A stretch of 64,000 bases of DNA from positions 1,366,276 to 1,430,275 of the forward strand of contig MU057344.1 in NCBI GenBank assembly GCA_013239625.1. The letters are read 5' to 3'. The stretch is from Lama guanicoe (lineage: Eukaryota). Positions 22,901 through 35,250 of the stretch are shown piece by piece. The notes below the pieces were generated by a model. It did no database searches. It worked only from the letters and a program-made list of their open reading frames with translations, and was not told where the DNA came from. How positions within the stretch are numbered: the stretch's first letter is position 1; every line of letters begins with the position of its first letter. A program made the position numbers and the translations under genes.

Positions 22901-25420
22901 CATTGTGGTTTGAGAACTTACTTTGCATCGTTTCAGTGCTTTGAAACTTACGGCGGTTCTGTGGTGACCTAGGACACGGTCCGCCCCGGAGGCCGCCCGC
23001 GCTCCCGCCACCAGCGGCGAGCGTCCCGCGAGGTCGGCTGGCGGCTCCGTCCACAGTGCTCTCCCCGTCTTCCGTTTCCCGGCCGATCCCCTCCCTGGTT
23101 CCGTTCGTTGTCAAAACCGGGGTGTTGAAACCTTCAACTATTATTGTGAATTCTTTCTTTCTTTCTCTCAGTTTTTGCTTCATGTATTTCAGGGCTCTGT
23201 TTTCAGATACATATGTGTCTGTAACTTATATCTTCCTGATGTGTTCCTTTTATCATTAGAAATTGTCTTTCTTCGCTTCTCAATTGTCGTCATAAAGTTT
23301 GTCTTATCTTCGGTATGAATACAGCCACTCCAGCTTGCTTTTGATTTCTGGTCGCATGGTGTATTTCTCCCATCTCTTTCCTTTCCAACTATTTGTGTCT
23401 TTGAATCTAAAGCATGTCTTTTATATGCAACGTGTAGCTGGATCATGATTTTTAAAAATCTGTCCTTCCGATCTCTGCCCTTTGATCGGGGGAATTAACC
23501 CATTTACATTAAGTGTAATTGTTAATAGTGTAAGATGCGTGTCTGTGACTTTGCTGTTTGTTTTCCATCTGTCTTATGTCATTTTTGTTCCTGTGTTTCT
23601 CCATTCCCACTTTCTTTTGTGTAAAATAGATGTTTTCTACTGTAGCAGTTTAATTCTATTGTAGCTTCTTTTACTATATTTTCTTAGTGTTTTCTCTGTT
23701 ATAATAAACATCTTAAATGATTACAAGCCAGTTAGGACTAATATCAACTTAATTTCTATAGTGTATACAAATCTGCTTTCCTATATAGCTCTGTTCCCCT
23801 CCCTCATCTGTGCCAGATTGTCATAAAATTACATCTTTATGCATTTGGAGCCCATCAGCACAGTTTTATAAGTATTGTTATATACAGTTGTCTTCTAAAT
23901 CAAATAGAGTAAGAAAAGGGTTACAAACAAAAAATGCATTTATACCTTCTTTTACATTTACCTTTCTAGTTCCTTTTATAGGTAATTTTAATTTCTTGAT
24001 GTGAATTCGACTTGCTTCCATCTCAACCTGAAGAACGTCCTTGCGTACTCCCTGCAGGGCGGGTCTGCTAGGGATGAACCATCCTGCTCTGCTCACCTTG
24101 GAGCGTCTTCATTTCTTGTCCCTTTTGAAGGATAGCTCTTCTGGATATAGCTTCTTGGCTGGCAGTATCTTCCTTTCAGCATTTTGAATGTGTGATCCCA
24201 CTGCCTTCTGACTTAAAAGTTTCTGATGGAAAGTCAGCTTTTCTCTGGCTGCTTTAATATTCTGAGTCTCTTGTCTTTCACTTGGAGCTGTTTGACTGTG
24301 ATGGGTCTTGGTTTGGGAACCTTGACGTTTATTCTACTTGGAGTTCACTGAAGCTCTTTGATGTGTAGATTAATGTTTTCCATCAAATTTGGGACATCTG
24401 GGGCATTATTTTTTCAAATTCCTTTCTGCCTCTCTCATTCTGGGACTTTGGTTACATGTGTGCTGCCATGCGTAATGGTGTCCCCAGACGTCTGAGGCTC
24501 CGCTCATTGTTTTTAATTCCTTTTTCTTTCTGTCCTTTAAAATAGATTATCTCAATCTACCACTTCAAGTTCGATGGTTCTTTATTCTGTCAGTTCAGAT
24601 CTGCTGTTGAACCCACTAGTGATTTTTTTCCCATTTCAGTTATTATAATTTCAACCACAGAATTTGTATTTGATTATTTTCCATTCTTTATCGTTTCTCC
24701 CTCTCTACTGATAGTATCTTCATGGTGAGCGGTCATTCTCAGGCTTTCCTTTAGTTCTTTAGCCGTGATTCCCTTTAGTTCTTTGGATATATTTATAGTA
24801 GCTAATTTTAAATCTTTGTCTAGTAAGTCCAATGCTCGAGCTTCCTCGGGGGAAATTTCTGACTGCTTTTTTTTTTTTCTTCAGTTAATGTTGGGACAGA
24901 GATTTCTCTGAGTACCTTTAACCAATAACCTCAGACGCTGCTGAGGGGTGTCGGTGCTTCTGTAGGCAGGTCACAGCTCCGCCTTGGCCTTCAGCCCCTC
25001 CTTGCACAGAGCCCCAGGCTCAGCCAGGGATGAGACCAGGGCCCTCTCTGATGCCCCCTGGGCGTGTGACTTTCTCGATCCTCAGGACTGTCTTGGCATT
25101 TCCCTCTTCAGTGCCCGTTAGGCTGCTGTTTTCATAGCTATCGCGGCTGATACGCTGTTGGTTTTCAGGCCATGACACCGCTGGGAGGGGGGAAGGGGGC
25201 GAGTTAAAATGCTACAAAGCTCTCTATTCTTACCAAGATTGAGCCATTCTTTTTTGAACAAAGGCTCTTCAAATTGTTGGAGGCCTTAGACGAATTTCTA
25301 GAGTTCTAAAAACAAAAGTTGATTTTGACCGTTGTAGCAAGTGCTCTCCTTGCTTTTGGAGGAGCAGTTTTGGGGGTCCCTATGCCGCCATTCTGAAAAT
25401 GCTCCTCTTCAGAAGAGATT
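19910..25420 (-). mobile_element. LINE-1 (L1M family) remnant, antisense, covering 3' UTR, ORF2 RT and EN, ORF1 and 5' region, with internal deletions
   Basis: Minus-strand translations include [33 protein letters not shown] (RT region, 21543-21740), TIIVEGFNTP and FSNHNGMKVEV (endonuclease, 22824-23183). AT-rich L1-like sequence continues to about 25.4 kb. Many stops and frameshifts. The first ~0.4 kb may belong to a separate older L1. Confidence 0.9.
22230..22590 (-). mobile_element. ERVL solo LTR (MLT2-like) nested inside L1 ORF2
   Basis: ctgctttactgagtcactgattccgatgttaatctcatccagaaac..cagacgcaccc..catggcccag matches the reverse complement of the MLT2 5' end. L1 sequence resumes on both sides. 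Confidence 0.8.
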
Positions 25421-26309
25421 TTCAAAATTTCCGTCTCAGCCAAGGCAAAGCCTGACAAGCTTCCTGGTAATGTGTGTGTGCTGGCAGGTGGATTTTGTTA
25501 ACATCCATCCCTTCCACGGAGGCTGTACGGGGGTCGTGGCTTTACGCAGAAGTCTCAGTTCAAATGTTTGCCCTTTTGGTGCCTACGGGCTTCATCCCCA
25601 GTCCCAGGAGCCCACGTCAAGACCTTTCATATCAGACCAGCATCTGGGAGCCAGTCCCCAGGCGGCCACAGTGTCAGCTCACCTCAGTTACTATTTTGGG
25701 TCAGGTGATTCATTTGGGGGCCCCTGGAAATTTCCATTGCTCTTCTGCAAGCCCACCTCTCCGTTTGAAAGATGTGGTCGTATCTGCCCAGAATTTCCAA
25801 GCCGTTTTCTAAAACAGGAGTGTTCTTGGGTTATCTCAATAGGAATATTCCTGGAAAAAAGGAGATGTCTCTACGTGAACAGCCCCGCAAACACACGCAC
25901 GTAACCACCAAATTGCAGCAGGCGGGATCGGAAACACCCAGCTGTGGTGAGGACCGCGAGCCTGATCATCCTGCACTCAGATAAGGGAGCCTGCCCTTGT
26001 CCGGGGGCCGTCAGCACTGCCCGGGCCGCCGTGGCCCTCACTGGAGGGGTTAATGTGACGGGAGGTGTTTCGGGTGCTGCCAACAGCCAGGACGAAGGGA
26101 GCCTCTGTGGTCCCAGAGCCTCCCCTGGCCACAGAGGGACCCACTTCTCCTGAAGCCGCAGCCTGGACCCTCTGGGACTACGGTCAGGGCCTCGGGCACC
26201 TCCCTGCCCGCGTTCAGAAGCAGTGCAAGGAGCGGAGAGCAAAGCGCAGCGGGGGCCGTCGGCTCGCGTGGCGGAGCCAGGACGTGCTGGAAGGGCGCTG
26301 CGGGCTGGC

Positions 26310-26658
26310 TGTTGGCCTGTGCGCCTCCCGCTCCCTCAGTTCACGCTTGGCATCCCAGGCCCTAACGTGACGGTGCCGGAGGTGAGGTCTTTGGGAGGAG
26401 ATCAGGTCACCAGGGCGGAGACCTCATAAATGGGGTTAGTGCTCTTACAAAGGGACACCAGAGAGCTCCCCTGCCCCTTCCAACATGTGGAGACCTGGCC
26501 AGAAGATGGCCATCGTGAGCCAGGAGGTGAGCCCTCGCCAGGCCCGAGCCTGCCGGCACCCTGACCTAGGACGCCCAGCCTCCAGGCTGCGAGAAGCAAA
26601 TCTGTTCTTTATAAGCCCCCTGTTTGCGTTATTCTGCTGGGCAGTCCATGCTAAGATG
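26310..26658 (+). mobile_element. MaLR solo LTR (MLT1A-like), near complete
   Basis: ggaggtgaggtctttgggagg..aatggggttagtgctctta..ccagagagctccc..agaagatggcc..cagcctccagg..ttataagcc..gctaaga. Confidence 0.85.
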
Positions 26659-29333
26659 GCGGGAACGCCCCGGGGGTGGGGAGGTCAGGGTGACGCCGGT
26701 GCTGCTGGAAGCTGATCTGTTTGCATGAGAGAGCTTCGTGTGCTGGGAATCAGGGTGAGACCGGGAGGGGGTGGCCAGGGACTCTCCTTTGGTGAAAAGG
26801 GCGCGTCTGTCTTAAGGGGCTTAAAGGCCAGCAGGGAGAGCCGTGTGGACCGAGGATGCAATGAGACATGAAACTGTCAGACGGCTGATGTTTTCTGAGA
26901 ACAAGCGTCTGGGGGCACCCCAGTCATCAGGGCGTGAATATCGTGCCTCCCTCAGCGCCCGCGTCTGAGTACATGCATACACTCACACAGCTCCGCTTTG
27001 CTCTTCTTCCTTGCCTTCCAGCCGTTCCGTAATTTCATGAGCTCCAAATCCGGGAAGCAGCAGAGGGGCTGGGATTAGGCTCCGGCCTTGAGGTGACCGG
27101 GGCCCTATCTTGGCTCAAACCTGAGTGCTGGGAAGACTGGTGAGAGTGCACGGCGGCAGGGCCAGGTCTGTCCCTGCCGTCATCGCCGTCACCGACCGCG
27201 GCTGCCGGTCCGAGCACTCATCCACGTGCACTGGGTGCTGTACGGGCTCCGTGTCACTTCCGCCTTCGGCCTCCGGGGGCGTCCGTTATTCTTGGCACTT
27301 GACAGAGAAGGAGCGTCCGGGCCGTGCGGACGCTGCTGGGGCCCAGGGGCCGGGGGTCTGGGGCTTGAATGCGGGGTTTTCTCACTCTGGGTGGACAGTG
27401 TAACTGTAAGAGTTTTCCCTGACCCACCTTTCTGGGGGGACCCCCAGTCGCCCAGCCAGCGACAAGGACCTGCCAGTGCGTGGTCCCCGTGCCCGTTTCC
27501 CCGGACGCCCCCAGGGGGGAGCAGGAGCCGCGCAGGGAGAGGGCGGGCCGCCCTGCGGCCTCCGCGACGTCTCTGGAGCGGAAGGGGTTTGGGTTCCGGA
27601 ACACAACGTGCACCGCAGAGACGAAGGGCTGTCCTCTGACCTCTGCAGTCCCGGCCAGGGGCTCCCCTGAGGGTTACATAACTTCTGGGGCAACTGGAAG
27701 CAATTCTCCAGAGCGGGAGGCAATGTAAGCCCTTAGCACCCAATGCCCAGGCGACGGGGAGACGGCGTCCCTGATCCAGGAAAGAGGATCTGAGTGGGGC
27801 CCCGACAGCATCCACTCAGAGGCACCGGCGTCTCCCAGCAAACTCACCTTATCCGGCCACAGTTCTCCAAGAGCCGGCGATCTTAATTCCTGGGAGAATG
27901 TCTAGGAAGAGGGTCGGTGTGGCCCACAGGAGCCCCACCGCTGCAGTGGCCCCGGTGGTGACTGAGCTCACTCCACACGCTGCGCCTCCTCCGCTCAGCA
28001 GGGGCCCTCCCGGTCAAGCCGACGTGCCCAGCGTGGAGCCCACCGGGGCCTGAGTCTTGGCGACTCTGTCTTTCCAGGACATTACTATTGCATTTGCCCG
28101 TCCACAGCTATGACTGGACGGCCAAGGGGTCCCATGAATAATCTTAGTGGACCCTACAAACGCCAGACGTGTCCCTCCCCGCCCCGCTGTGCAGCGTGCC
28201 CCCCCAAGGATCGGGACGGATTACTCCTGCCAGCGCAACGGCTCTCTCCTGTGCCCGCTGGCCCTCTGGTCCAGTGAGGCAAAGGCAGCCGCACAGAGCC
28301 GTCCCGAGTTTGTTGGGACTCTCGCTGCTGGAACCCCCGGGGGAACGTGCCCTTCCGGGAACCACAGAGCCAGAGGTGTGAGGATGGAGGCCCGTATTCC
28401 CAGGGTGAGTCCCGTGGGGTGACGGCGTGTGGAACCACCTGTTGTCTACTCGATTCTGAAGTCTGTGAATTCGTCCAGTGTGGCTACAGCGCCGTGTAAC
28501 TTTGTTTCTGGCTTAAGGAGTTGACCACAAAGGAGGGACTAGCACCTCACACCAGCAGAATATCATCTCGAAGCCGGTGCCCGAGCCGCGTCACCGGGGC
28601 CTGCGCCCTCCCTCCGCCAGGCTGCCGGTCCCGGTGGTGTGGTGTGCGGCACGCGGTCAGAGGCAGTGCGGTTCCAGGCCCTGTGTGAGCGGCTTGGACG
28701 CTCTGAGCTCCTGGCTGTGGTGCCCGAGGAGATGCCCTGTGCAGGAAAGGCGAACCCAGCCTGGGACACGTGCCAGGCCATTGGGATGGACCCCTGGGCT
28801 TTCCAGCACGGAAACGGTTCCACGTAACCAAGTGGCCACCAAGTGGCCGGCTGGTCCCTTTGAGGGTGCGGTGTGTCACCCCTGACACTGAGAGGCGGGC
28901 ACGCGGCAGCAGGAGGAGCTACACCAGCCTCAGTGAGAGGAAGCCGTGTGGGCGCTGCGCACGCCACGCCGCTCATGAAGCAGCTGCCCAATCATGGGCG
29001 TGGCCAAGGGCAGAGGCCGCCTGAGGACCGGTCACGCCGTTCCCGTCCATGTGGCTGCTGGTGTCCCCGGGCAGTGAGAGCCCCCGGGCGCATGTGAACA
29101 CCCCCAGGTGTCCATCCACGCACCTCTTCCCCGGAACTCCTGGTCCCCGAGCTTTTAGTCGGCCCCCTCCCGGTCCTCCGGGCAGCTCTCTAAGCCACTT
29201 GTCACTGCCTGCAAGCTTCGAGTAGATGCTCGGCTGGGCCACATCCCTCTGCCCTCTAGGACGGCCCCTCACCGTGTCCACAGTGCCACCCGTGTGGGGC
29301 AGCATGATGGCACCAGCCCCTCTGCAGCTGCCC

Positions 29334-29595
29334 TGTGCTCTGAACGGCACCGTGTCCCCCAGGTTCACGTGTTGAAGCCCCAACGCTGTGTGACGGCCGT
29401 GGAGGTGGGGCCTCTGGGAGGCGACTAGGTTTAGATGAGGTCGGGAGGGTGGGGCCCTTGATGGGGTTAGTGTCCTTGGAGGAGGAGGAGGGGCCCGCGC
29501 ACTCATCCTCCCTCCCTCCCTCTCCCCCCGCAACCTCTCTGCCTTCCCCCGTCAGTCCCTGTCTACTATGTGAGGGCACCCAAGGAGGTGGCCCG
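29334..29595 (+). mobile_element. MaLR LTR 5' part (MLT1A-like)
   Basis: tgtcccccaggttcacgtgttgaagccc..ggaggtggggcctctgggagg..taggtttagatgaggtc..gatggggttagtgtcctt. Confidence 0.8.
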
Positions 29596-30559
29596 AACTG
29601 ACTCAGGCAGCTGGTTTAGAGGGAGTCTGACCCAGGAGTCCCACCTCAGATATGTGATCACTGGGGCGGATGACGCCGCACGCAAAGACATGTGCACGGG
29701 GCTGCCCACTGCAGTCCTGGTCATCGCTGCGGGAAGCTACCTGCTCTTGGGAGTCTAAGTGCGTCACTTAAGTTCATTCCCCACCAGAAGTCCCCATGCC
29801 TGCCCATCGTCCTGCAGAGATGCGGTGTAGGGTCCTAGGGAGCAAGAGGGAATCTGGCGAGAGTTTGTGTGGGGCCCTGTGGCTCCCTCCCTCCAGCTCA
29901 GCTTGACTCTCAAGCCAGGGAGGGGCACCCTGGCGGGCCCACAAGTCCGGCCCTCTGTGCACAGGTGCGGGGGGCCACAGCCAGGGCGCTGGGGCCACTT
30001 GACAGGCTGTGGACCACTGGCCTTTACAGATGGGGCCCCCCGGGCTTCTCTGTGGGGATATGGCTTTTCCTGCAGCCTCTGTCTCCCGCAGCCCAAGCCA
30101 CACAGCGGCGTCCTGAGGGGAGGACCACACTGTGGCTGCTCAGACAGAGAAGGGGCTGAAGGCGAGGGGACCTGAGCCCTGGGGCTCAGCCCACAGAGCA
30201 GGCTCCCGGCTGCCCCAGCCCAGCCTGGCCCTGACCCCAAGGCCTGGCCGCCCCTCTGCTGGCTCTGGGTGTGCAGCTTCCCCTGACGTGGACCTCTTTA
30301 ACATGCCAGGTCAAGGCTGACGGGGAAACACCCCAAATCTGAGCGCTAGTGCCTGCGAGGAGCAGAGGACTAGGGAGGGGCCCGACCCCTGCCCCGGGGC
30401 CTCTGCCCGCCCTGTGCCGCTCCCTCCCCGCGCAGGGTGCTCTGCGGCCTGTTCCACGGGCACGCTCTGCCTTGTCTGTAGGCTCTCAGCTCAGTGGGAC
30501 ACCCCTGGCAACGCCAGTGGACTCGTCCCTTAGCCCAGCCTGTCCCCAGCTCTGTTTCA

Positions 30560-30695
30560 TTTTCTCTGTAGTCCATACCCCACTCTGACACTGTCTGGAT
30601 GTGTGTTTGTCCCCCAGGTCGCCCCACTGCCCCCCGAATGTCCCCAGCACACTCAGCACGGTGCTCAGTATATGCCACAGAGGAGGGGGGATGGT
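30560..30695 (+). mobile_element. L2 3' fragment
   Basis: atgtccccagcacactcagcacggtgctcagtatatg resembles the L2 terminus. Confidence 0.4.
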
Positions 30696-31374
30696 GGGGA
30701 GGCTGCAGGGGCATTTGGACAAGGAGGGGGACCCCAGCCCCGTCCATGCTTAATCTTTTAAACATCCTCAAAGATTCGGCCACTGAAGGAAACCGTCAGG
30801 GAAGGCAGTCTGTCTGTCACGTTGGTCCACTGGGAGCCGTCCTCCCCACCATGCAGCAGACCCCTGCCCGGCTCCTGGCACCCGCAGAGCTCCCAGGCCT
30901 CTGGGCTCCGGCGGCCTCAGGCTCACCGAGCTCTCTGAGAGCTTGGGAACGTGGAGATAAGAGCCCAGCGCGGGTGACGGCTACCTCCTGGCTCTGGTGA
31001 GAGTCGCTGGTGCAGTGTGACTGATTTTCCAGTGGTCCCTCTCTTGGGAGTCTGGGCAGACAGGCGGGGGCGTGGGGAGAGGGGGCCGCTTTCCATTTTT
31101 AGGTTGAATTCCCTTCTGGAAAGCTCCAGGCATGTCTCTGGCACGGATGCCCAGCGGGCAGAGCCCTCCCCCGCCGGGTGCCCCACGGTCCACGTTCCAT
31201 CCCTCGCCAGCCTCCTTCAGAGGCCACGACAGCTCCCCTCTGACCGCTGAGACCAGGTGCTGCTCCGTGTCTGAGGCTCCTACCGGAAGGACACCAGCCA
31301 TGAACAGACCCCCGGCCCCCCGTGGAGCTTAGGACCCTGATCCAGCGCCTGGGAGCTGGGCACACGCGGGTATT

Positions 31375-31560
31375 GGGGCAGGCGTGTTTGCACGTACAAA
31401 CTCAGGACGCCCAGTTACATTCAGGTTTCAGATAAACAAGGGAGAATGTTTAGCATAGGCTAGGCCTACGGAATACGGCAGCCCCACCTGTGCCGACTGG
31501 GGCTCACGTCAGAAATCCGTGCACCCAATTAACCAGGCGTGTCAGGGACGCGGGCAGCAA
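31375..31560. mobile_element. MER53-like hAT MITE (degenerate palindromic DNA transposon)
   Basis: caggacgcccagttacattcaggtttcagataaacaa closely matches the recalled MER53 left arm (caggacgcccagttaaatttgaatttcagataaacaa). A decayed right arm is present (aattaaccaggcgt). Confidence 0.7.
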
Positions 31561-32874
31561 GCTGGAGGCGTGGCCTAGACGCCGCCGTGCACAGACCTCC
31601 GTGCCCTGGGGGGCAGACCCGCCCCGGCGCGGCCAGTCTGCCCGCCGCCAGCCACATGTGGCTCCTGCCCGCTGGCCTGGGGCACTGAGCGTTTAATTAC
31701 CATGCATGTCGTGGACGTGGTCGCAGGTGGCTGTGGCCACCCTGTTGGGCAGCACAGGGGAGACGGTGGTCCAGGAGGCCCCTCTGAGCCCTTGTGCAAA
31801 CGTCTGGGAATGTGGAGGGAACTTTCTGCAAACTGGGGAGGCGAGGCCCCCCAACCCTGAGGAACTGGAGGAAGGCCAGTGTCAGGGGTAGAGAGGGCCG
31901 GGGGCGAGGGTGGGAGCTGGCATAGGAGAACGGGCGGCTCCAGCCCGCCTCGGGCCGCTGGACACCGTCTGGGCAGGGCTGGATCCTGGTGGATGGAGGC
32001 AGTAATGCCATCCGCTGGTCCACACATTTTCACGGTTCTCCCATCGTGGCTCCGCCTTCCCTGTCCGGGCAGCAGGCGGGGCCAGGCCCTTGTAGTCCCC
32101 ATGGACTCCAGCTGCCCATTTCCCAGCACTGAGATGGTTGGCAGCCCAGAGGGAGCTGGGCAGAGTGAACACTGGAGGAGAGGGCACGGGGGCTGCGGCT
32201 CTCTCTGCGCCACGTCAGGAACCCCCAGTGATTGGAGGGGCGGGCTGTCTGCTCAGATGCCCACCCCCCGAGTTCTCAGCCCCATGGTCTGGCTGTCCTG
32301 GGAGCCATCTCCTAGGTGCCCTGGAATGTCTCCCTCTTAGTAAGGGTGACAGTGCTTAATTTCTACAGAAATCGTGTCCCCGGGCCCTGACATCCTCGAT
32401 CTGTTACGAGTTACCCAGAATCTGACGCTGCTGGGGGAACAGTGGGATGGGACCTGGGGCTGAGATGGGGTTGGGGAGACAGCCTCCCTCGGCCGAGAGC
32501 ATCTCCAGCCTCCTCTCCTTCAAGACACTCCAAGAAGTCTGCCACCCAAGCCGGGAATGAACTCTGACATGAGATGCTGCCTTTTGGGTGCCTTTTAAGA
32601 GGCGGTCCCATGGATTCTCTTGAAAATAGAAAAATCATAGCTCTCAGGACCGGAAAATGGGTCACTGCAGGAAGACAAGCTGCTGGGAGAGTTTCACGCC
32701 CGTGGATGTGCGGAGGGGGGCGGGGAAAGCTGCGGCAGAGATGTGTCCGTGGGGCCGCCTGGGAGCAGGCTCGGGGGCGGGACGGAGCCCAGCGAGGCGG
32801 TGGCGATGCACGTACCTGTGTTTACGTGACATCAGTGGGTGGATGCAAGCTGTGGCCACGCAGCTGAAACTCCC

Positions 32875-33296
32875 TGCATCTTCCTGGAACTCTTGCAACA
32901 AACTCCACAACTGGGGGCGGAAAACCACAGACACCTGCTGCCTCACTGTTCTGGGGCCAGATGTCTCAAGTCCAGATGTGGGTGGGGCTGATTCCCCTGG
33001 GGGCTCTGAGCCAGAACCCGGGACGTGCCTCTCCCCAGCGTCCGGGGTCGCCGGCAGTCCTTGGCTGGCAGACCCGTCACCCCCTCCCTGCTTCCATGGC
33101 CGCGGGAGCAGCTCCCCATGTCTGTTTTCGCTTCCTCTGAGGACACCAGTCTTTGGACTTAAGGCCCATTCTAATACAGCATGACCTCATCTTAACTCCT
33201 CTCACCGCATCTGCAGGGACCCTATTTTTAACATGGCCATATTCTGAGGTTCTGGGTGGCCAGAAATCCTGGGGGGACTCTGTTCACCCCACAACA
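32875..33296 (-). mobile_element. MaLR solo LTR (MLT1B/C-like)
   Basis: aggacaccagtctttggacttaaggcccattctaatacagcatgacctcatcttaact..catctgcagggaccctattt..attctgaggttctggg..acaaca. Confidence 0.85.
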
Positions 33297-33639
33297 CACA
33301 GGCTTACAGATCTCTTAAAACTGAACATGGATTCTCAGGCCTGCATCAGCCAGGATTCCTGTCTCTTGGAACCCGTCTCCTGGTGGCCCGTGGACGCCTT
33401 CCTGATGGGTGGATCAGGCTGGAAGGGGTGGGGCCCACTGGGGGCTCCCTTCTCGCATGGGCCTCAGCCCCCCACCACGACGGGGACCGGGCCACGGAGC
33501 CAGCAGCACGGACGCAGTGGCGGGGCTGCATCGGCCTCCAGTTGCCTCCATCTGAAAACCTGAGCTGTCGGTGAGGGGTGAGCATCCACGGCGAAGGGGC
33601 AGCCCCTCCGCTCCCCACCTCTGGCTGGCGAGGAGGCAA

Positions 33640-34320
33640 CCTCGCCGTGGACAAAAATCCTTTCACCTGGAGTCAAAGCTCCGCGGAGATGATAAATCGC
33701 CTTCCCCCCGACGCCTGGCTTTCAGAGCCGATGCCTGCCACTCGCCAGATGAGAAATGCCGGCTCGCTGGCCGGAGGCAGCACATGGTAAAGAGGTTAGT
33801 CCCCGAACCCTGGGCTCGCAGCCTCTCCCCCTGCCCCCGCCCCGAACACAAAGCCTTTTCTTTCTCCAGCTGGAAATGAGCACGGCCCATGGATGCAAAG
33901 AGCTCTTTCAACATTAGATTTTAAATTATTTGAATTAAATCTGGGATCCTTCCGGGCCCTGCGCTCTCCTGGTTATTTATCACTGGCTAAATGCAGAGGT
34001 CTGCCAAGCGTCTCCAGGGACTGCCCTCACTTAGACGCGGCCCCTGAAATGTTATAAACTATTTAAAACTGAAAGCCCGGCGCGTCCAGCGGGGGGGGGG
34101 CGGGGCGGGGCGGGGGCGTGCGCGCTGCGCTCTTGTTCATGTGCTGCGCTTGTCCTCTGGGTGATCACTTTAATACACTTGAAAACAAACCTTTCCCCAC
34201 TGAGGCAGGGTGATTTCCCCCCCCTATTTAGCAAACATTGATTTTTTTCCTCCTCCCCCAAACAAACCCCCCAGATCTCGTGCGGTTCCCGCGGGGTGCC
34301 AGCAGGGGGCGGGAGACTGC
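33640..34320. promoter_or_regulatory. Putative regulatory element: AT-rich blocks, GC-box/G4 run and a CTCF-consensus site
   Basis: AT-rich blocks at about 33900-33945, 34045-34075 and 34160-34250; G10-C-G4-C-G4-C-G5 at 34091-34116; CCAGCAGGGGGCGG at 34299-34312. Confidence 0.55.
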
Positions 34321-35139
34321 TTTTTGGAGGGCCACACCGAGTGGGCTCCCTGGGCGGCCGAGGGTGGGGGGTGGTCCAAGGGGCCAGCCACCCCCCACGG
34401 CCAGGGCGGCCGAGGGGCTCACGTGGGTGCAGGGGGAGGGCACCCTCGGTTGTCCCGTTGTCCGGGATGTCCTAGGTCAGGACGTGACATTGGGAAGTAA
34501 TAAGAACTGGCAACAGCAATGTGCTAAGTAAATGAGGCCGCCCCCGGCCTGGGGGCTCCTGCCGCCCGGCCCGTGTCCCTTGCTCTCCTGTAATGGCACA
34601 GGCCCCTTTCCCTTCAACTCCAGCAGTGCCCCGAGTCGCCAGCAGGAGGCGGTCTTCCTGCTGAGCCTCAGACACTGAGGGGCGAGAGGCCGTGCTGGGG
34701 TCTGAGCTGCCGCGGCGGACTGTCCACCCCAGGCCTGGTGCGCTGGTCAGTGCCGCGGGGGGCAGCCTGCAGGGCGACCCTGGCCAGCCCCGGCCCCCGG
34801 CCCATGTGCCTGTCCGTAGATGCCCCCCCATCCTCTGCGCTGGGCCGCCTCCCTTCCGGCCAGCGGAAAGCAGCAGAGGTGACGGGGCGCCTTTCCTGAG
34901 ATTCACTTCCGGGGGGGTCACTCGCCCTCACCGCCAGGATTGCCCTCTCCGACGGAAGCTAGCCGCCCTGGCCTGGGGCGTCCTGGGAGGAGCCCCGTGC
35001 CGGGGACCTGGGGCTGGCCCACAAGCACGTGTGTGAGCTGGGAGGCAAAGCCCCCCTTGCTGCCCCCGTCCAGCCCTCAGACGAGACCGCGGCCTGGCCC
35101 ACAGCCTGACAGCAGCCCGGCCAGGGGCTCTGGCCGCTG

Positions 35140-35250
35140 TGCTGGGGGCACCACACTGGGACTCCAGACCCACGGAAGCCGCGAGACAAGACGTGCGTGC
35201 TGTTTCCGCCCCTTGGCCGGTGGCCCTTGGTCACAGCAGCCCCGGGAGAC
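35140..35250 (+). mobile_element. MLT1 LTR 3' fragment, heavily GC-shifted
   Basis: ggactccagacccacggaagccgcgagacaagacgtgcgtgctgtttccgccc..ttggtcacagcagccccgggagac parallels the MLT1 end (ggacttc..cagaactgtgagaaataaat..tgttgttttaagcc..ttgttacagcagcc..ggaaac). Confidence 0.55.

Noticed and set aside
21543-23446. Reverse transcriptase and endonuclease peptides as a possible active or domesticated gene
   Set aside because: Fragmented by stops, frameshifts and an LTR insertion, and the FADD catalytic motif has decayed to FTGD. It is a dead L1.
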